64,000 nt of DNA from assembly GCA_047602425.1 (NCBI GenBank), contig JASGHG010000001.1, positions 2,176,001 to 2,240,000 of the forward strand, written 5' to 3'. Positions 42,760-53,751 of the stretch are shown piece by piece. This DNA comes from Nibricoccus sp. GTDB taxonomy: Bacteria; Verrucomicrobiota; Verrucomicrobiia; Opitutales; Opitutaceae. A program made the translations under genes and the position numbers. Position 1 is the stretch's first letter, and each line of letters starts with the position of its first letter. Below the pieces are notes generated by a model, which ran no database searches, was not told the DNA's origin, and saw only the letters and a list, made by a program, of their open reading frames with translations.

Positions 42760-45700
42760 ATGCAACCACACAAAAGAACCCAAACCTACCTCCGTCGTTT
42801 GGCCCTCTGCGCCTCGCTGATGACGGCATCAATCGCCCTGGCGCAGACCCCTCCAGCCGAGGAACCCAAAGCCGATTCCGCCAAACCCGCCACGGCAGAA
42901 AAACCAACCGCGGCTCCTAAGGAGAAAAAAGTCCCAACGAAAGCCGAGGCAGAAGCTGCCGCCAAGGCCGCCGAAGAAACCGCCGCATTTGACGAAAACG
43001 AGACCTTAGTACTTTCACCTTTTGAAGTCACCACGGACAAAGATAGAGGCTATCACGCTGGTTCCACCATGTCCGGCACTCGAATGGGCGCCGACCTCGA
43101 CGACATAGCGAATCCGATTTCCGTCGTCACCAAGCAGCAGCTCCTCGACTTCGCCGCTCGCGACATCAACGATATCTTCGCTTCTGAACTCGGTGTGGAA
43201 GGAACTCGCACCTTCACCGCCAACTTTAACGACGGCAAACAAGACGTAGACTCCGTAGCACTTAACCCCGAAACAGCCAATCGTGTTCGCGGCCTCGGCA
43301 ACGCCAACATCTCGGTCGGCAACTTCGGAAAAACCAACACCATTCCAATCGACGTCTATAACATCGATGCCGTGGAAATTTCTCGTGGTCCCAACTCCTC
43401 CATTTTCGGCATGGGCGAGGCGTCCGGCACCGTCAATTTGGTGCCGTCAGCTGCCAATTTATCGCGCGATCACAACAAATTCTCTTTCAGTTACAGTAGT
43501 ACGGACACGGCTCGAGCCACGATGGATGTTAACCGCGTGCTCTGGAAAAATACTTTGGCCATCCGCATCAACGCGTTGGCTAACAACCAGAGATATCTGC
43601 GCAAGCCATCCTATGATGATACCCGCCGTATCAATATCAGCAGCACCTATCATCCTTTTAAATACACAACCCTCCGCGCATCCTTCGAACGCTACAAAGA
43701 AAATTATAGTCGCCCCAATTCCGTCACTCCACGCGAGTATATGACTCTTTGGAATCAAATGGGCCGGTCTTCATGGAATCCCGCCACAAACCAGTGGAGC
43801 TATAGCGCTTACACTAACAATGACACGGGCATTTCTTACCCGGGCGGGACCGGCTTCATGAACGGCTCTAATAACGCCGGTAATGACGTAAGCCGTTATA
43901 TGTATCCTCCGACAGGCACAGCTTCTACTGTCAACGCACCATTCGGTCCAGCTTCTTTACCTAATGGCGGTGTCGTTGGTAGCAATCAACAACTCTGGAT
44001 GGGCAGCATTGGAACGAATCGTGTCCGCCCCCTTATGATGATCGACAATGGTCAAGTCATTTGGGCAGGCACCGAATATTACACAACGGTATCCGGCACT
44101 ACCACCGTCTATCACGACTCACTCCAGTTCAGGGTGCCGGATAACTACCTTGTGCCCGCTGAATACCAGACAAGTACGTATGGCAACTTGTCTTATGTTC
44201 CGATTAAGGCCTCCAAAGACAAATCGTTCTATGACTATGAAACACTCAACCTAGCCGGTCTTAATTATGGCAGAAAAAAAGGCGACACTTGGCGCGTAGA
44301 ATTCGAACAATTTCTCGTTAATACACCCATGAACGTATTCGCGTTCCAACTGGGTCTGTTCAAAGAACGCATCGAAGATTACCGCCGTGCCTTCGTGGGA
44401 AATGGCGGCGACGGTGTACCGCTCTATATACAGCCTGATGTAAATACTCATCTGCCGGATGGAACTCCTAATCCAAAATATGGAGCTCCTTTTATTTCTG
44501 CTCTCGCTCCGCAGACTTACGTAAATCCCATCGATACACGAACCCATCGCGCGAATGTGGTTTATCAGCTCGACCTCACCAAAGAGAAGAGTTGGCTAAA
44601 GCACCTCGGCAGAACCAAGGTCCTTGGATATGCGGAAGAGTTCTATAAGACTGAAGCCCCGAGCAACCTTCGCTATCAGGATCAGATTTCCAGTGTTTAT
44701 CCGTACTTCTTGGCCAGCAACATTCGCAACAGTAACGATGCCAAGTTCGTTACTCGTTACTATTTGGGCGACTCCGTCGGCGGCAACGTGGACTATGGTT
44801 CGAAGGCACCTCCTATTGAAAACTTCATTACTTTCCGCCGTTTTGGTTCAGTAGCGGGCGAAACCCCCGGCTGGTACACTCTCGAAAACGTACCGGTTAC
44901 ACCGCAGTATTTCGCAATTTCTACCGTTCATACGGAAACCACCACACGAGGCATGATATTACAGAACTACCTCGTTAAAGATCGCGTGATCACCACATGG
45001 GGTCGCCGTCGCGATACTCTTCGTACACGCGGCACGCGTGACCAGGATCTCACGTCGACCAGCTTGATTGATCCTATTTCCGCTCGCGATCCGATAACTG
45101 GCCTCACCACCTCTTTCGATTGGCTCGATAACTACGATGATTGGAATATCACGAATCGCCAGACCATGGCCCGGCAAGCTATTGGCTATACCGACAACAA
45201 AGGTATTGTCGTCAAACCTACCAAGTGGCTCAGCCTGCGCTACAACCAGTCCACCAGCTTCAAGCCCGACGATTTCGGTATCGATTTCCAGGGTAATCCG
45301 CTTGAAAATAACGGCGGCGAAAGCAAGGACTACGGCTTCTCGATTAATTTGTTTAAGAGTAAAGTTTACCTCACCGTCACTCGTTATGAAACTTTCTCGC
45401 GCAATTCACGCCAAGGGTCGATCAATGCTGTCGCGCAACGCATCACCCTTTTGGACTACGATATAAATCCATCTCAAGATGGTAGCAAACAAGACCTCGA
45501 AGATTGGCTGTTGGGACAGGTTCTCCGCTCTCAAGGCTTGATGGATACCACGACTCCGGATCCAGGATTTGCCAGCGCTACCCCCGCGCAAGTGGAAGCA
45601 GCATTGCTGGACACTCACCGCCGCATGGGCCTGACTGAAGAGCGTATTCTACTCAATCGTACTTATACCCGCGCCATGACTGCAGATCGCAAGTCCAATG

Positions 45701-46387
45701 GCTACGAAGTCTCGCTCGATATCAACCCAAACCAGTATCTATCGATCAAACTCAACGGTTCGCAATCGGAAACTATCTTTACCAATTTTGGTAAAACCTG
45801 GCAGGATTACAAAAAAGAGCGCATGCCCATCTGGACCACGATTCGCAGCCCCTATGACGGCAGCCTCTGGTGGACCACCGTGCAAACCGGTTCAACGCCA
45901 GCCCAAGTATGGGTTTCAAACAATGAAGCGCCGATGAAAGTGAATCTAGCCCTTGAGGGAAAACCGGTGCCTCAGTTTGCCAAGTACAAAGCCAATGCCT
46001 TGGCTCGTTATCGCCTTGCCGGAATCTTCAGAAATACCCCTATCGTAAAAGACATGACTGTCGGTGGTAAGGTAAGCTGGATAGACAAGCAAGCTCTCGG
46101 CTTCTACGCGGCACCCGCTGATAACGTAAATGGTGATATTCGCGTACGTGAATACGATGCTAGCCGTCCGATCTGGACTCGCGCTAAGTTCTACGTCGAT
46201 GCGTTCGCGACGTATGACTTCCGTATGTTCAAAAACCGTATCAAGGGTAACGTCCAACTTAACGCCAAAAGTGTCGGCGAAAACGGTCGTTTGCAGACGT
46301 TTCGGCGTCAATCCGGACGGTTCAAAGTTCAACTACCGCATCATCGATCCGACCGAGTACATCCTCAGCGTGAACTTCGAGCTATAG
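42760..46387 (+). CDS. TonB-dependent receptor with +1 frameshift near C-terminus (46300-46302)
   Basis: Signal peptide, LSPFEV, plug motifs (RVRGL, VEISRGPNSSIFG), barrel; removing one T restores GVNPDGSKFNYRIIDPTEYILSVNFEL*. Confidence 0.9.
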
Positions 46388-46429
46388 ACGCCCAATGAGT
46401 TTTGTTTAGTAGGGATCCGTTCAGTAAGC

Positions 46430-46462
46430 AAAAGCCCCGGTCTTAAATGACCGGGGCTTTTT
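46430..46462 (+). terminator. Rho-independent terminator
   Basis: AAAAGCCCCGGTC-TTAAAT-GACCGGGGCTTTTT. Confidence 0.9.
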
Positions 46463-46541
46463 GTCGAATGTATCAAACGCCATTGCCTCCATGAGATCAT
46501 ATCACATGCAATGTCGTCCCAGTGGCTGTTACCCCATGAAT

Positions 46542-46574
46542 AAAAAGGCCGCAGCTTTGTATAAGCTGCGGCTT
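46542..46574 (-). terminator. Rho-independent terminator for the 46590..46985 gene
   Basis: GCCGCAGCTT-TGTAT-AAGCTGCGGC stem with A tract on the left (T tract on minus strand). Confidence 0.75.
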
Positions 46575-46589
46575 ACAAACTATGATACT

Positions 46590-46985
46590 TCACCAGATAT
46601 ATGACATATCATAAACCCAATCGGGATGGCTCGAATCGTACGCCACTACCGAATAATTTCCTGCAGGAACATCATCGATTATCCAACTGCCCCAACTTCC
46701 TGCAAGCGAAGCCGCGCCGCTTGTCCCGTAAAAATAATCACTCCAAATCCAATCAGGACTCTGATGGCTGTAGTCAAAAGAGGTAACTGTGTTAATGTTT
46801 GCGATAGTTTGTCCTGTATCATTATTAACCAAGGTGAAGGAATAGTCTCCACCGTAATACATCTCTATCGTTAGGTTTAATGTGCCAGCTTGTGCGCCTA
46901 AATTATAGGTTTTGCTGCCAGCATGGAGTACGGACGCAAGCGAGGCAGAGGCGAACAATATGAGAGCGTAAAACAATTTTTTCAT
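46590..46985 (-). CDS. Small secreted aromatic-rich protein of unknown function
   Basis: Classic signal peptide MKKLFYALILFASASLASVLHA; Tyr/Trp/Ser/Asp-rich beta pattern (VPAGNYSVV); AT-rich; own terminator. Confidence 0.75.
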   Translation of the reverse strand: MKKLFYALILFASASLASVLHAGSKTYNLGAQAGTLNLTIEMYYGGDYSFTLVNNDTGQTIANINTVTSFDYSHQSPDWIWSDYFYGTSGAASLAGSWGSWIIDDVPAGNYSVVAYDSSHPDWVYDMSYIW

Positions 46986-47256
46986 TTGGTATATTTATTC
47001 GTATTTTTTGGGTCATGGCAGCGGTGCGTAAAAGTCAGATTACTCTCCCGCAAAATCTGCCGTTTATAGCCTCTTAGATCTTTTGAGGCACGATCTTATG
47101 ATAGCAATTCTTCGACCTTCCCACATCCCCAATAGTGGTGACTGACGCGAATTTATGGACCGTCTAGTCTGGTCGGGCCTACTTCTCCAACCATGAGCTA
47201 TGCGATGCAACGCCTGAAGGGTTGCGCGGCGCGCTGAAGGTGTTTTCCTCAAGAGT

Positions 47257-48111
47257 GTGCGCAACCAGGGTTTTTCAATTTCCCGCAGTCTGATTTTTCT
47301 CGTGCTGGCGGGTTATTTTCTGTGGGTCGTGTATCCCATGCTCTGGGTCGTGTACTCGTCGTTCAAACCCGACGATGCGATCTTTCGCGATGTCTTCGCC
47401 CTGCCTTCGCTGGATACGCTTCAATGGAACAATTACCGGCAGGCGTGGCGTGAGGCGCATTTCGGCGATTACTTTCTTAATAGCGTGGTGGTCACCATTG
47501 TATCCGTGTCGCTGATACTCCTGCTCGGATCGATGGCCGCGTATGCGTTGAGCCGTTTTTATCACCCGCTGGGCAATCTGCTTTATGGACTTTTTCTCGC
47601 GGGACTGATGATCCCGGTTCAGCTGAGCATCGTGCCGCTGTTCTTTGAACTAAAGGCGGCGGGGCTGCTTAACTCAAAGCTGGGATTGATTCTTGTCTAC
47701 ACGGCCAATGGATTGCCGTTCGCGATTTTCATCCTTGCGGGCTTTTTCCGCGCGCTGCCGCGTTCGTTGTACGAGGTCGCGGTGGTGGATGGTTGCGGCG
47801 AAGCCACGGCATTCTGGCGGGTGATGCTGCCACTCGCGCGGCCGGGGTTGATCACGGTAGCTATTTTCCAGTTCATCGGAATTTGGAAGGAATATTTCTT
47901 CGCGTTCATGTTTACGTCGGGCGCCCCCGGCGACGATGTGCGCACGCTTCCGCTCGGACTGGGCAATTTGTCGGTCGCGGCGCAATATCACACTAATTAT
48001 GGTATGCTTTTCGCCGGCATCGTGATGGTGACGCTACCGATTCTCCTAGTGTATTTGCTGTTACAAAAACAGTTGGTGAAAGGTATCACCGCCGGGGCGT
48101 TGAAGGGATAA
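47257..48111 (+). CDS. Carbohydrate ABC transporter permease (MalG-like)
   Basis: EAA-like loop (LYEVAVVDG), FWRVMLPLARPGL, C-terminal GITAGALKG. Confidence 0.93.
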   Translation: MRNQGFSISRSLIFLVLAGYFLWVVYPMLWVVYSSFKPDDAIFRDVFALPSLDTLQWNNYRQAWREAHFGDYFLNSVVVTIVSVSLILLLGSMAAYALSRFYHPLGNLLYGLFLAGLMIPVQLSIVPLFFELKAAGLLNSKLGLILVYTANGLPFAIFILAGFFRALPRSLYEVAVVDGCGEATAFWRVMLPLARPGLITVAIFQFIGIWKEYFFAFMFTSGAPGDDVRTLPLGLGNLSVAAQYHTNYGMLFAGIVMVTLPILLVYLLLQKQLVKGITAGALKG

Positions 48112-48226
48112 TGCCTCGCAACGTCCACTTCACCGAGGTACGGGTTCGGGCTCTCCCCACAAGAGCGGGGCAAGGCTGAGCTTAAGGCAGGAGGGATTCG
48201 AGAAGGTTATGCGTTTTTCTATTTCG

Positions 48227-48503
48227 TTTGTCCTTAGTAAATGGTTTGTCGTCTATTAGATGACAAACGATTGGTGCTGTTGTGCATTGGCGAACAACCC
48301 TAGGCGGTTGAGGGCTGACACGTGCACCCACCTGTGAGCCGCACATTGGGAAAAGGAAAATCTTTCAAACCCACGTGGGCGCAGGGTGGACCCATCAGAG
48401 CGCTATTTGGTCGGCCGGAGACGTGATTAGCCGTAGCTAGGCGTTTTCCAAATTCTTTTGTCCTTAGCAATCGGTTTGTAGTCCATTAGATGACAAACGA
48501 TTG
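48227..48503. repeat. Two 47-bp direct repeats 230 bp apart, each containing a family palindrome (copies 2 and 3)
   Basis: 48227-48273 and 48457-48503 match at 42/47 positions; cores GTTTGTCGTCTATTAGATGACAAAC and GTTTGTAGTCCATTAGATGACAAAC. Confidence 0.88.
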
Positions 48504-48561
48504 TGCTTGGTCGTATGGTGCCAGGACAGTCTTTGGCGATTGAGGAAGGGATGGTGTTTTG

Positions 48562-51500
48562 TCACTTAATGGATGACAGCCCGCCGTAGGTGTCGGCGCG
48601 GGAGGCTTCATCTTGGGAGGCAGGGCAGCGAGCGAGTGCGATCGCCAGGTCTTGAGGGCGGGTGGGCTTGGGAATGTAGTCGTTCATGCCGGCGTCGAGG
48701 CAGGTTTCTCGGTCGCCAATCATGGCGTTGGCCGTCATGGCGATGATCCATTGCGTGGCAAAACGGGGATTCTGACGAATACGGCGAGTGGTTTCGTAGC
48801 CGTCGAGTTCGGGCATCTGACAATCCATGAGGATAACGTCGTAAGTGGACTTTTCGATGGCTTCGAGGACTTCCAGGCCGTTGCCAACCACTTCGATTTT
48901 ATGACCGTATTTCTTGAGCTGCATGGTCGTGACGCGCTGATTCACGATATTGTCCTCGGCAATGAGAATACGGAGAATTTTAGCGGTTGCTTTTGGTTCA
49001 CTCGTTGGCTCGGGTTCGGATGGCGTAGGAGGAGTCGCAGTGGGCGAAGCCGACTTGGCCGGGCGCGAGCCGTTGATAACGCTGAGAGTGCGCAGCAGGC
49101 CTGACAGAAGTTCCCCCTGGCGGATGGGTTTGCCGAGATAGTCGACGATGCCGGAGGTTTTGCGTTCCTCCTTACTCAATTGAGGTGTGCCCGTGGTGAG
49201 GAGAAGCGTGTGTCGGCCAGATGGTCCGGGGAGTTGATGGATTTCCCGGGCAAGGGCGATCCCGTCGCAATCCTGCAGTTGCTGGCTAACAAGAAGAATT
49301 TGAATAGGGCTTCCGGTTGGTTCGGCAAAGCCGAGTTTTCCGAGAGCCGCCTGCCGGGTTGAAGCGAGATGGACCTTCATCTGCCAGACGGTGAGATAAT
49401 GCTGAAGGATGCGACAGGTGATGGCCTGCTGATCGACAATGAGAACAGGAATGTCTTTGAGACGAGCGATGGAAGAGCTGAGAGGTTCCTCGGCCCGGCC
49501 CTGTTGTTTGGCAAAGAGCGCTGTGAACCAGAAGGCCGAGCCTTCGCCGGGAGTACTGTCGACGCCAATCGCGCCGTCCATGAGTTCGACGATCTGCTTG
49601 CTGATGGCGAGGCCAAGGCCCGTGCCACCGTATTTCCGCGTGGTGGTTTCGTCGGCCTGACTGAACGGTTTGAAGAGGCGCGCGCGGGCTTCTTCGCTGA
49701 GGCCAATGCCGGTATCGGCGATCTTGAAACGAAGCCGCACGCCGAGTTCGGTTTCCTCCTCAAGGGAAACGGAAAGGTAAACGTCGCCTTTATCCGTGAA
49801 TTTGACGGCGTTGGAGAGGAGGTTGAGGATGACCTGCCGGAGACGGCCGGGATCGCCGCGCAGGGCGCAAGGCAGATCGTACGGGACGAGCGCGCCGAGC
49901 TCGAGGCCCTTTTCGTGAGCGCGGGGCGCGACCAGTTCCAGGGTGCCGTCGATCATCTCGCGCAGATCGAAGTCCGCCGTATCGAATTGGAGTTTGCCGG
50001 CTTCGATCTTCGAGAAATCGAGGATATCGTTGAGGATGGTGAGAAGCGATTCGGCGCTGTGTTTGACGGTGCCGGCGAGGTCGCGCTGCTCGGGCGTGAG
50101 TTTTGTATCAAGTAAAAGGTTGCTCATGCCGATCACGCCGTTCATGGGCGTGCGGATTTCGTGCGACATGTTGGCGAGAAACGCGCTTTTCGCCCGCGTG
50201 GTCGCCTCGGCCATGTCCCGGGCTTCGCGGAGGGTGTTTTCGATTTGTTTGCGTTCGTTAATATCGCGCACGACACCCAACATGCCGATGGGCACGCCGG
50301 CTTTCAGAATGAGCTGGATGTTTGTTTCGGCCCAAGTAACGCCGCCTGTGCGGGTGCTAAAACGACTTTGAAACGTGACGGTGCCTCCGTTGCCGTCCTT
50401 CAGCGAAAGGTGGGGCAGCGAATGCTGAATATCCTCCGGATGGAGCAGTTCGCGGAAATTCATCCGAAGGGCTTGCTCGCGGGAATAACCGGTCATCTTC
50501 TCGCCCGCGGTGTTAAAAGATGTGAACCGGCCAGAGAGATCGACGGTGAAAATGAAGTCGCTGGCGGATTCAAAGATTTCGCGATACTGGGCTTCGAGGT
50601 GCGCCTCTTTTTCAAGCTGGAGGCGGATTTGCACGGTTTGTTTTTTGACGCGCCGCTTGAGCGCAACGACCCAGATGACGACCAAGAGTGCCCCGCCAAA
50701 AACGACACCCGAGACGGTGAACACGCGGCTGATGTTCCACCACGGCGGCTGACTTATAACCGCGATGTCGGCCGGGGTGCGCAGGTGAAGCGAAAAGGAA
50801 TGTGGCAGGCCAAACTCGTCTTTTTCCAGTTCGTAGATGCCGGTCAGGTTGAGCAAGCTTCCGAGTTCCCAGTCGTCCTCAGGGCGACTTTTTGGCGATT
50901 GCCGGAGGTTTGCCTCGAAAATTGCGTCCTTTGTCTGAAGGACAAAATGGATTTTGTCATTCTGGATGTTTTTTTCGATGAGAATGCCGGAAATTTTGAC
51001 GAGTCGGTCGTCAAGCTCCTCAAGCAGGTTGCGCGCGGACTGCATGACGACCGGGACGGGCGGGCGGCCTGTGCCGATCTTGCGATAAATGGATTCCCGG
51101 AGCACGACCTCGCCATGTTGCCGGCCCGGCAGGCCGACAACTTCGATGAGATCGCCCGGGAACACGGGGGTCTGGGAACGGCTTTGGACGTGCAGGATTT
51201 CGTCGCCGTTTTGGATCAGGATCTGGCGTCCCGGGTATTGCAACAAAACCACGCCGGTGAAGCGGAGCCGGCGGTTGAAACCTTCGCGTGCACTGAAACG
51301 GTGCAGACTCGAAATGCTTCGCGTAGGCACATTAAATGGTTCGGCAGGCAACGGCTCCTCGATTTGTATATAGTAAGCCCAGGGCACCTGCAGTTGAATG
51401 CCGTTGAGCTCGTGATGCGTGTTGGTCTGGCCGGTGCAGACGCCTTGGACGCGCACAACGGCCCCCGTGAGCTTTTCAAGGTCTTGGGCATAGGGCACGC

Positions 51501-52941
51501 GGGCGGTAAATTCGCCGCCCGCAGCCGTCAACGTGAGCAGGTGCCAGAATCCGTCGTGCCTGACTTCCAGGACGTAGCCCATCATCTCGACCCATTGATT
51601 TTCCTCCACACCGGTCAGCGCCTGCTCGATGGTGATGGGGCGTGGTTCGGGCAGGGTGAGGCTGCCGGCCGAATCGACGCGGCTGGCACGCACGGCGTTG
51701 ACATAGCTGTCCTGGGTCGTAACGCCCGTCACAATCAGGTCGTTGGCCACACCGGGGGCCAGGGAGTCCATGTTTTCGCGGTAAACGCGAACACCGCCGC
51801 TGGAATCTTTGAGGATAAAATAGGGCGCGGCAGGCGACGACCAGAGCACGACACCACGAATTTGCACAGGGTAACCTTGCGCGGCCTGTTCCGGGGTGAG
51901 CTCGAGGATCTGTTCGGTGACGCGGAGCGTATTGGCTTCCGGGGATTTGGCGGCACTCGCGGATGAGGCGCGATAGAGCCCGCGTCGAAGGGTCCACTCG
52001 GTGCCATTGATCCAAGTATAGCCAATGGCCTCGATTTCATCGCCGACTTTTAGCGGTCGGGCCTGGGTCGTCTTCATGACGAGCTGACCGGTATTGTCGC
52101 GGATGACAACTTCGCGCCCCGGAGTAAAGCGGCGCACGTGGCCCCGGACACAAATGAGCTGGTCGTTGCGCGTCTGCGGGAGCCGTTCGATCGGCGTCGT
52201 GGGAAGGTTGAAACGGGCATCGTCCTTCAACGTTCCGACAATTTCGACCTTCGACGGGTCGCCGACCCACAAATCCACGGAATTCATCAGTCCGGTCGGA
52301 TCGCTTTTAAACAAGTATAAGCCGGTAACGCGCACCAGGGAGTCCGGCGTGTAAGGCACGTAGCCCGCCGCATCATGCCAGATGTTGCACGTCACGAGAT
52401 GGCCGTTGGAAATCAATTCCAATCGCCAATGGTGCTGGGTGACATCCATCGCATGGTTGATGTAACCTTCAAGTGTGACCAGACGGCTGTTGAGCTGGCC
52501 GTCGTTGGTAATTTCAGCGATTTTAACCGGCTCGATTTTTGCCTCAGGCAAAAGGTTGAACTTCAACGAATCGGCCGAAAGGCCCTTGGCGGGAATCACG
52601 GTGCCTTCGACCAGATAACGCTGGCCGCTTTTTATCGGCAGCGGTTTGTCCGGCGCGGAAGGTACGAAACCGTGGCTTCCACCGCATTCGCCCCAAAGCA
52701 GGTTCCACTCCGTGTCGTAATAATAAACCAACAGCTCCATTCTGACCGGATAGGTAGCCAGCTTCTCCTCATCGGTCATTTCCCAGAACTGGCTGACTTT
52801 GCTGATGACGAGCGATTTGGATTTGTTATCCGGTTCGACCGCGTGGGCAACCGTGCACGCCGTGACGAACCAGGCTAGAAAAATCCAGCATGGCCAAAGG
52901 CAGTATCCTAGCCGGTTGGCAAAAACATTACGGAAATCCAT
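48562..52941 (-). CDS. Large membrane hybrid histidine kinase (repeated extracytoplasmic modules, PAS, HisKA, HATPase, two REC)
   Basis: [46 protein letters not shown] 52941 fits a signal/TM segment and an upstream promoter-like motif. Confidence 0.92.
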   Translation of the reverse strand: MDFRNVFANRLGYCLWPCWIFLAWFVTACTVAHAVEPDNKSKSLVISKVSQFWEMTDEEKLATYPVRMELLVYYYDTEWNLLWGECGGSHGFVPSAPDKPLPIKSGQRYLVEGTVIPAKGLSADSLKFNLLPEAKIEPVKIAEITNDGQLNSRLVTLEGYINHAMDVTQHHWRLELISNGHLVTCNIWHDAAGYVPYTPDSLVRVTGLYLFKSDPTGLMNSVDLWVGDPSKVEIVGTLKDDARFNLPTTPIERLPQTRNDQLICVRGHVRRFTPGREVVIRDNTGQLVMKTTQARPLKVGDEIEAIGYTWINGTEWTLRRGLYRASSASAAKSPEANTLRVTEQILELTPEQAAQGYPVQIRGVVLWSSPAAPYFILKDSSGGVRVYRENMDSLAPGVANDLIVTGVTTQDSYVNAVRASRVDSAGSLTLPEPRPITIEQALTGVEENQWVEMMGYVLEVRHDGFWHLLTLTAAGGEFTARVPYAQDLEKLTGAVVRVQGVCTGQTNTHHELNGIQLQVPWAYYIQIEEPLPAEPFNVPTRSISSLHRFSAREGFNRRLRFTGVVLLQYPGRQILIQNGDEILHVQSRSQTPVFPGDLIEVVGLPGRQHGEVVLRESIYRKIGTGRPPVPVVMQSARNLLEELDDRLVKISGILIEKNIQNDKIHFVLQTKDAIFEANLRQSPKSRPEDDWELGSLLNLTGIYELEKDEFGLPHSFSLHLRTPADIAVISQPPWWNISRVFTVSGVVFGGALLVVIWVVALKRRVKKQTVQIRLQLEKEAHLEAQYREIFESASDFIFTVDLSGRFTSFNTAGEKMTGYSREQALRMNFRELLHPEDIQHSLPHLSLKDGNGGTVTFQSRFSTRTGGVTWAETNIQLILKAGVPIGMLGVVRDINERKQIENTLREARDMAEATTRAKSAFLANMSHEIRTPMNGVIGMSNLLLDTKLTPEQRDLAGTVKHSAESLLTILNDILDFSKIEAGKLQFDTADFDLREMIDGTLELVAPRAHEKGLELGALVPYDLPCALRGDPGRLRQVILNLLSNAVKFTDKGDVYLSVSLEEETELGVRLRFKIADTGIGLSEEARARLFKPFSQADETTTRKYGGTGLGLAISKQIVELMDGAIGVDSTPGEGSAFWFTALFAKQQGRAEEPLSSSIARLKDIPVLIVDQQAITCRILQHYLTVWQMKVHLASTRQAALGKLGFAEPTGSPIQILLVSQQLQDCDGIALAREIHQLPGPSGRHTLLLTTGTPQLSKEERKTSGIVDYLGKPIRQGELLSGLLRTLSVINGSRPAKSASPTATPPTPSEPEPTSEPKATAKILRILIAEDNIVNQRVTTMQLKKYGHKIEVVGNGLEVLEAIEKSTYDVILMDCQMPELDGYETTRRIRQNPRFATQWIIAMTANAMIGDRETCLDAGMNDYIPKPTRPQDLAIALARCPASQDEASRADTYGGLSSIK

Positions 52942-52989
52942 CGTAAGAGTGCTGTTGCGCAAACAGAGCCCAACAGCCTCCTGCTTTTC

Positions 52990-53017
52990 ATATCGTCGCC
53001 AACGACCCGGAACTTGA
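52990..53017 (-). promoter_or_regulatory. Sigma28-like promoter (spacer one base long)
   Basis: Minus strand TCAAGTTC-N12-GACGATAT. Confidence 0.45.
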
Positions 53018-53210
53018 GTAGGGAAACCCCCTGAAATTTGGACGTTAAATCTCGCTAAGTGACTCAAATTCAGCGGTCAGAAATCCATTTGCCAGCCCGC
53101 GAGCGATTTCCTTCGGCCTCTCCGCCCGGGTCTTTCGTCAGGCTCGCCTGCCTGAGGTGAAATTCTCGTCCCTAGATTTCATGGGCTCATCGCGCCAAAA
53201 TGAAAAAAAC

Positions 53211-53226
53211 CGGCATGCGCCATGCA
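53211..53226 (+). promoter_or_regulatory. Sigma54 -24/-12 promoter candidate
   Basis: CGGCATGCGCCATGCA: GG-N10-GC spacing exact, ending 29 nt before ATG 53256. Confidence 0.55.
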
Positions 53227-53255
53227 TAGGAACGAGGCGCATTCGCAATTCCATT

Positions 53256-53426
53256 ATGATCTACGCCCGACGGAAATCTCCCTCCTACCCCGTCGCCCCT
53301 TCCGAGGTCCACGCCTTGGCAAGATTGGCCTGCTCGCTCCGTGACCGCGCCATAATTTCGCAAATGTCGGTGTCGCCAGCCCAAATCATGGGCAAGGGCG
53401 GCGCACGGCAAAACGCAACGCTCTGA
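53256..53426 (+). CDS. Small hypothetical protein (56 aa)
   Basis: MIYARRKSPSYPVAPSEVHALARLACSLRDRA...; directly downstream of the sigma54-like site. Confidence 0.4.
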   Translation: MIYARRKSPSYPVAPSEVHALARLACSLRDRAIISQMSVSPAQIMGKGGARQNATL

Positions 53427-53526
53427 AAAGCCGGCCCTGCCGACTGTAGGCGAATTAACGCACTCGGTGACAGGGTCCTCCGCAAGAATGCATCCGCTTC
53501 TTTCAAAATTTTCCCGCCAGAGTTCT

Positions 53527-53751
53527 ATGAACACACCTGCCGTATTTTTGGGCATTCAGCCCGGCTACAAAAATCTTCCTCCGGTAGAGCTTTACAACCT
53601 CCTCGCTCCCGTCGGCCACCACCCGGCCGGCTCTACAGTTTCACGCAAGACTCTCGAACAGCACGGCTATTCGCCTCCTCCTTTTTCAAAACCGCAACCC
53701 AGTAAACCACGTATGCCGCGGAATTTTCCGCAATACGGTGTAGTTATTTAA
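53527..53751 (+). CDS. Small hypothetical protein (74 aa)
   Basis: MNTPAVFLGIQPGYKNLPPVELYNLLAPVGHHPAGSTVSRKTLEQHGY: compact globular-looking core. Confidence 0.6.
   Translation: MNTPAVFLGIQPGYKNLPPVELYNLLAPVGHHPAGSTVSRKTLEQHGYSPPPFSKPQPSKPRMPRNFPQYGVVI

Noticed and set aside
46490..46508. CRP/FNR site CATGAGATCATATCACATG
   Set aside because: Half-site spacing is 5 not 6 and it lies between two terminators.
48227..48503. Mini CRISPR array
   Set aside because: Only two degenerate repeats, 183-bp spacer, no cas genes.
50161..51966. Long antisense ORFs (also 8587-9726, 14150-15352, 26339-28216, 63286-63963)
   Set aside because: Shadow frames of well-supported genes, expected in GC-rich DNA; no motifs.
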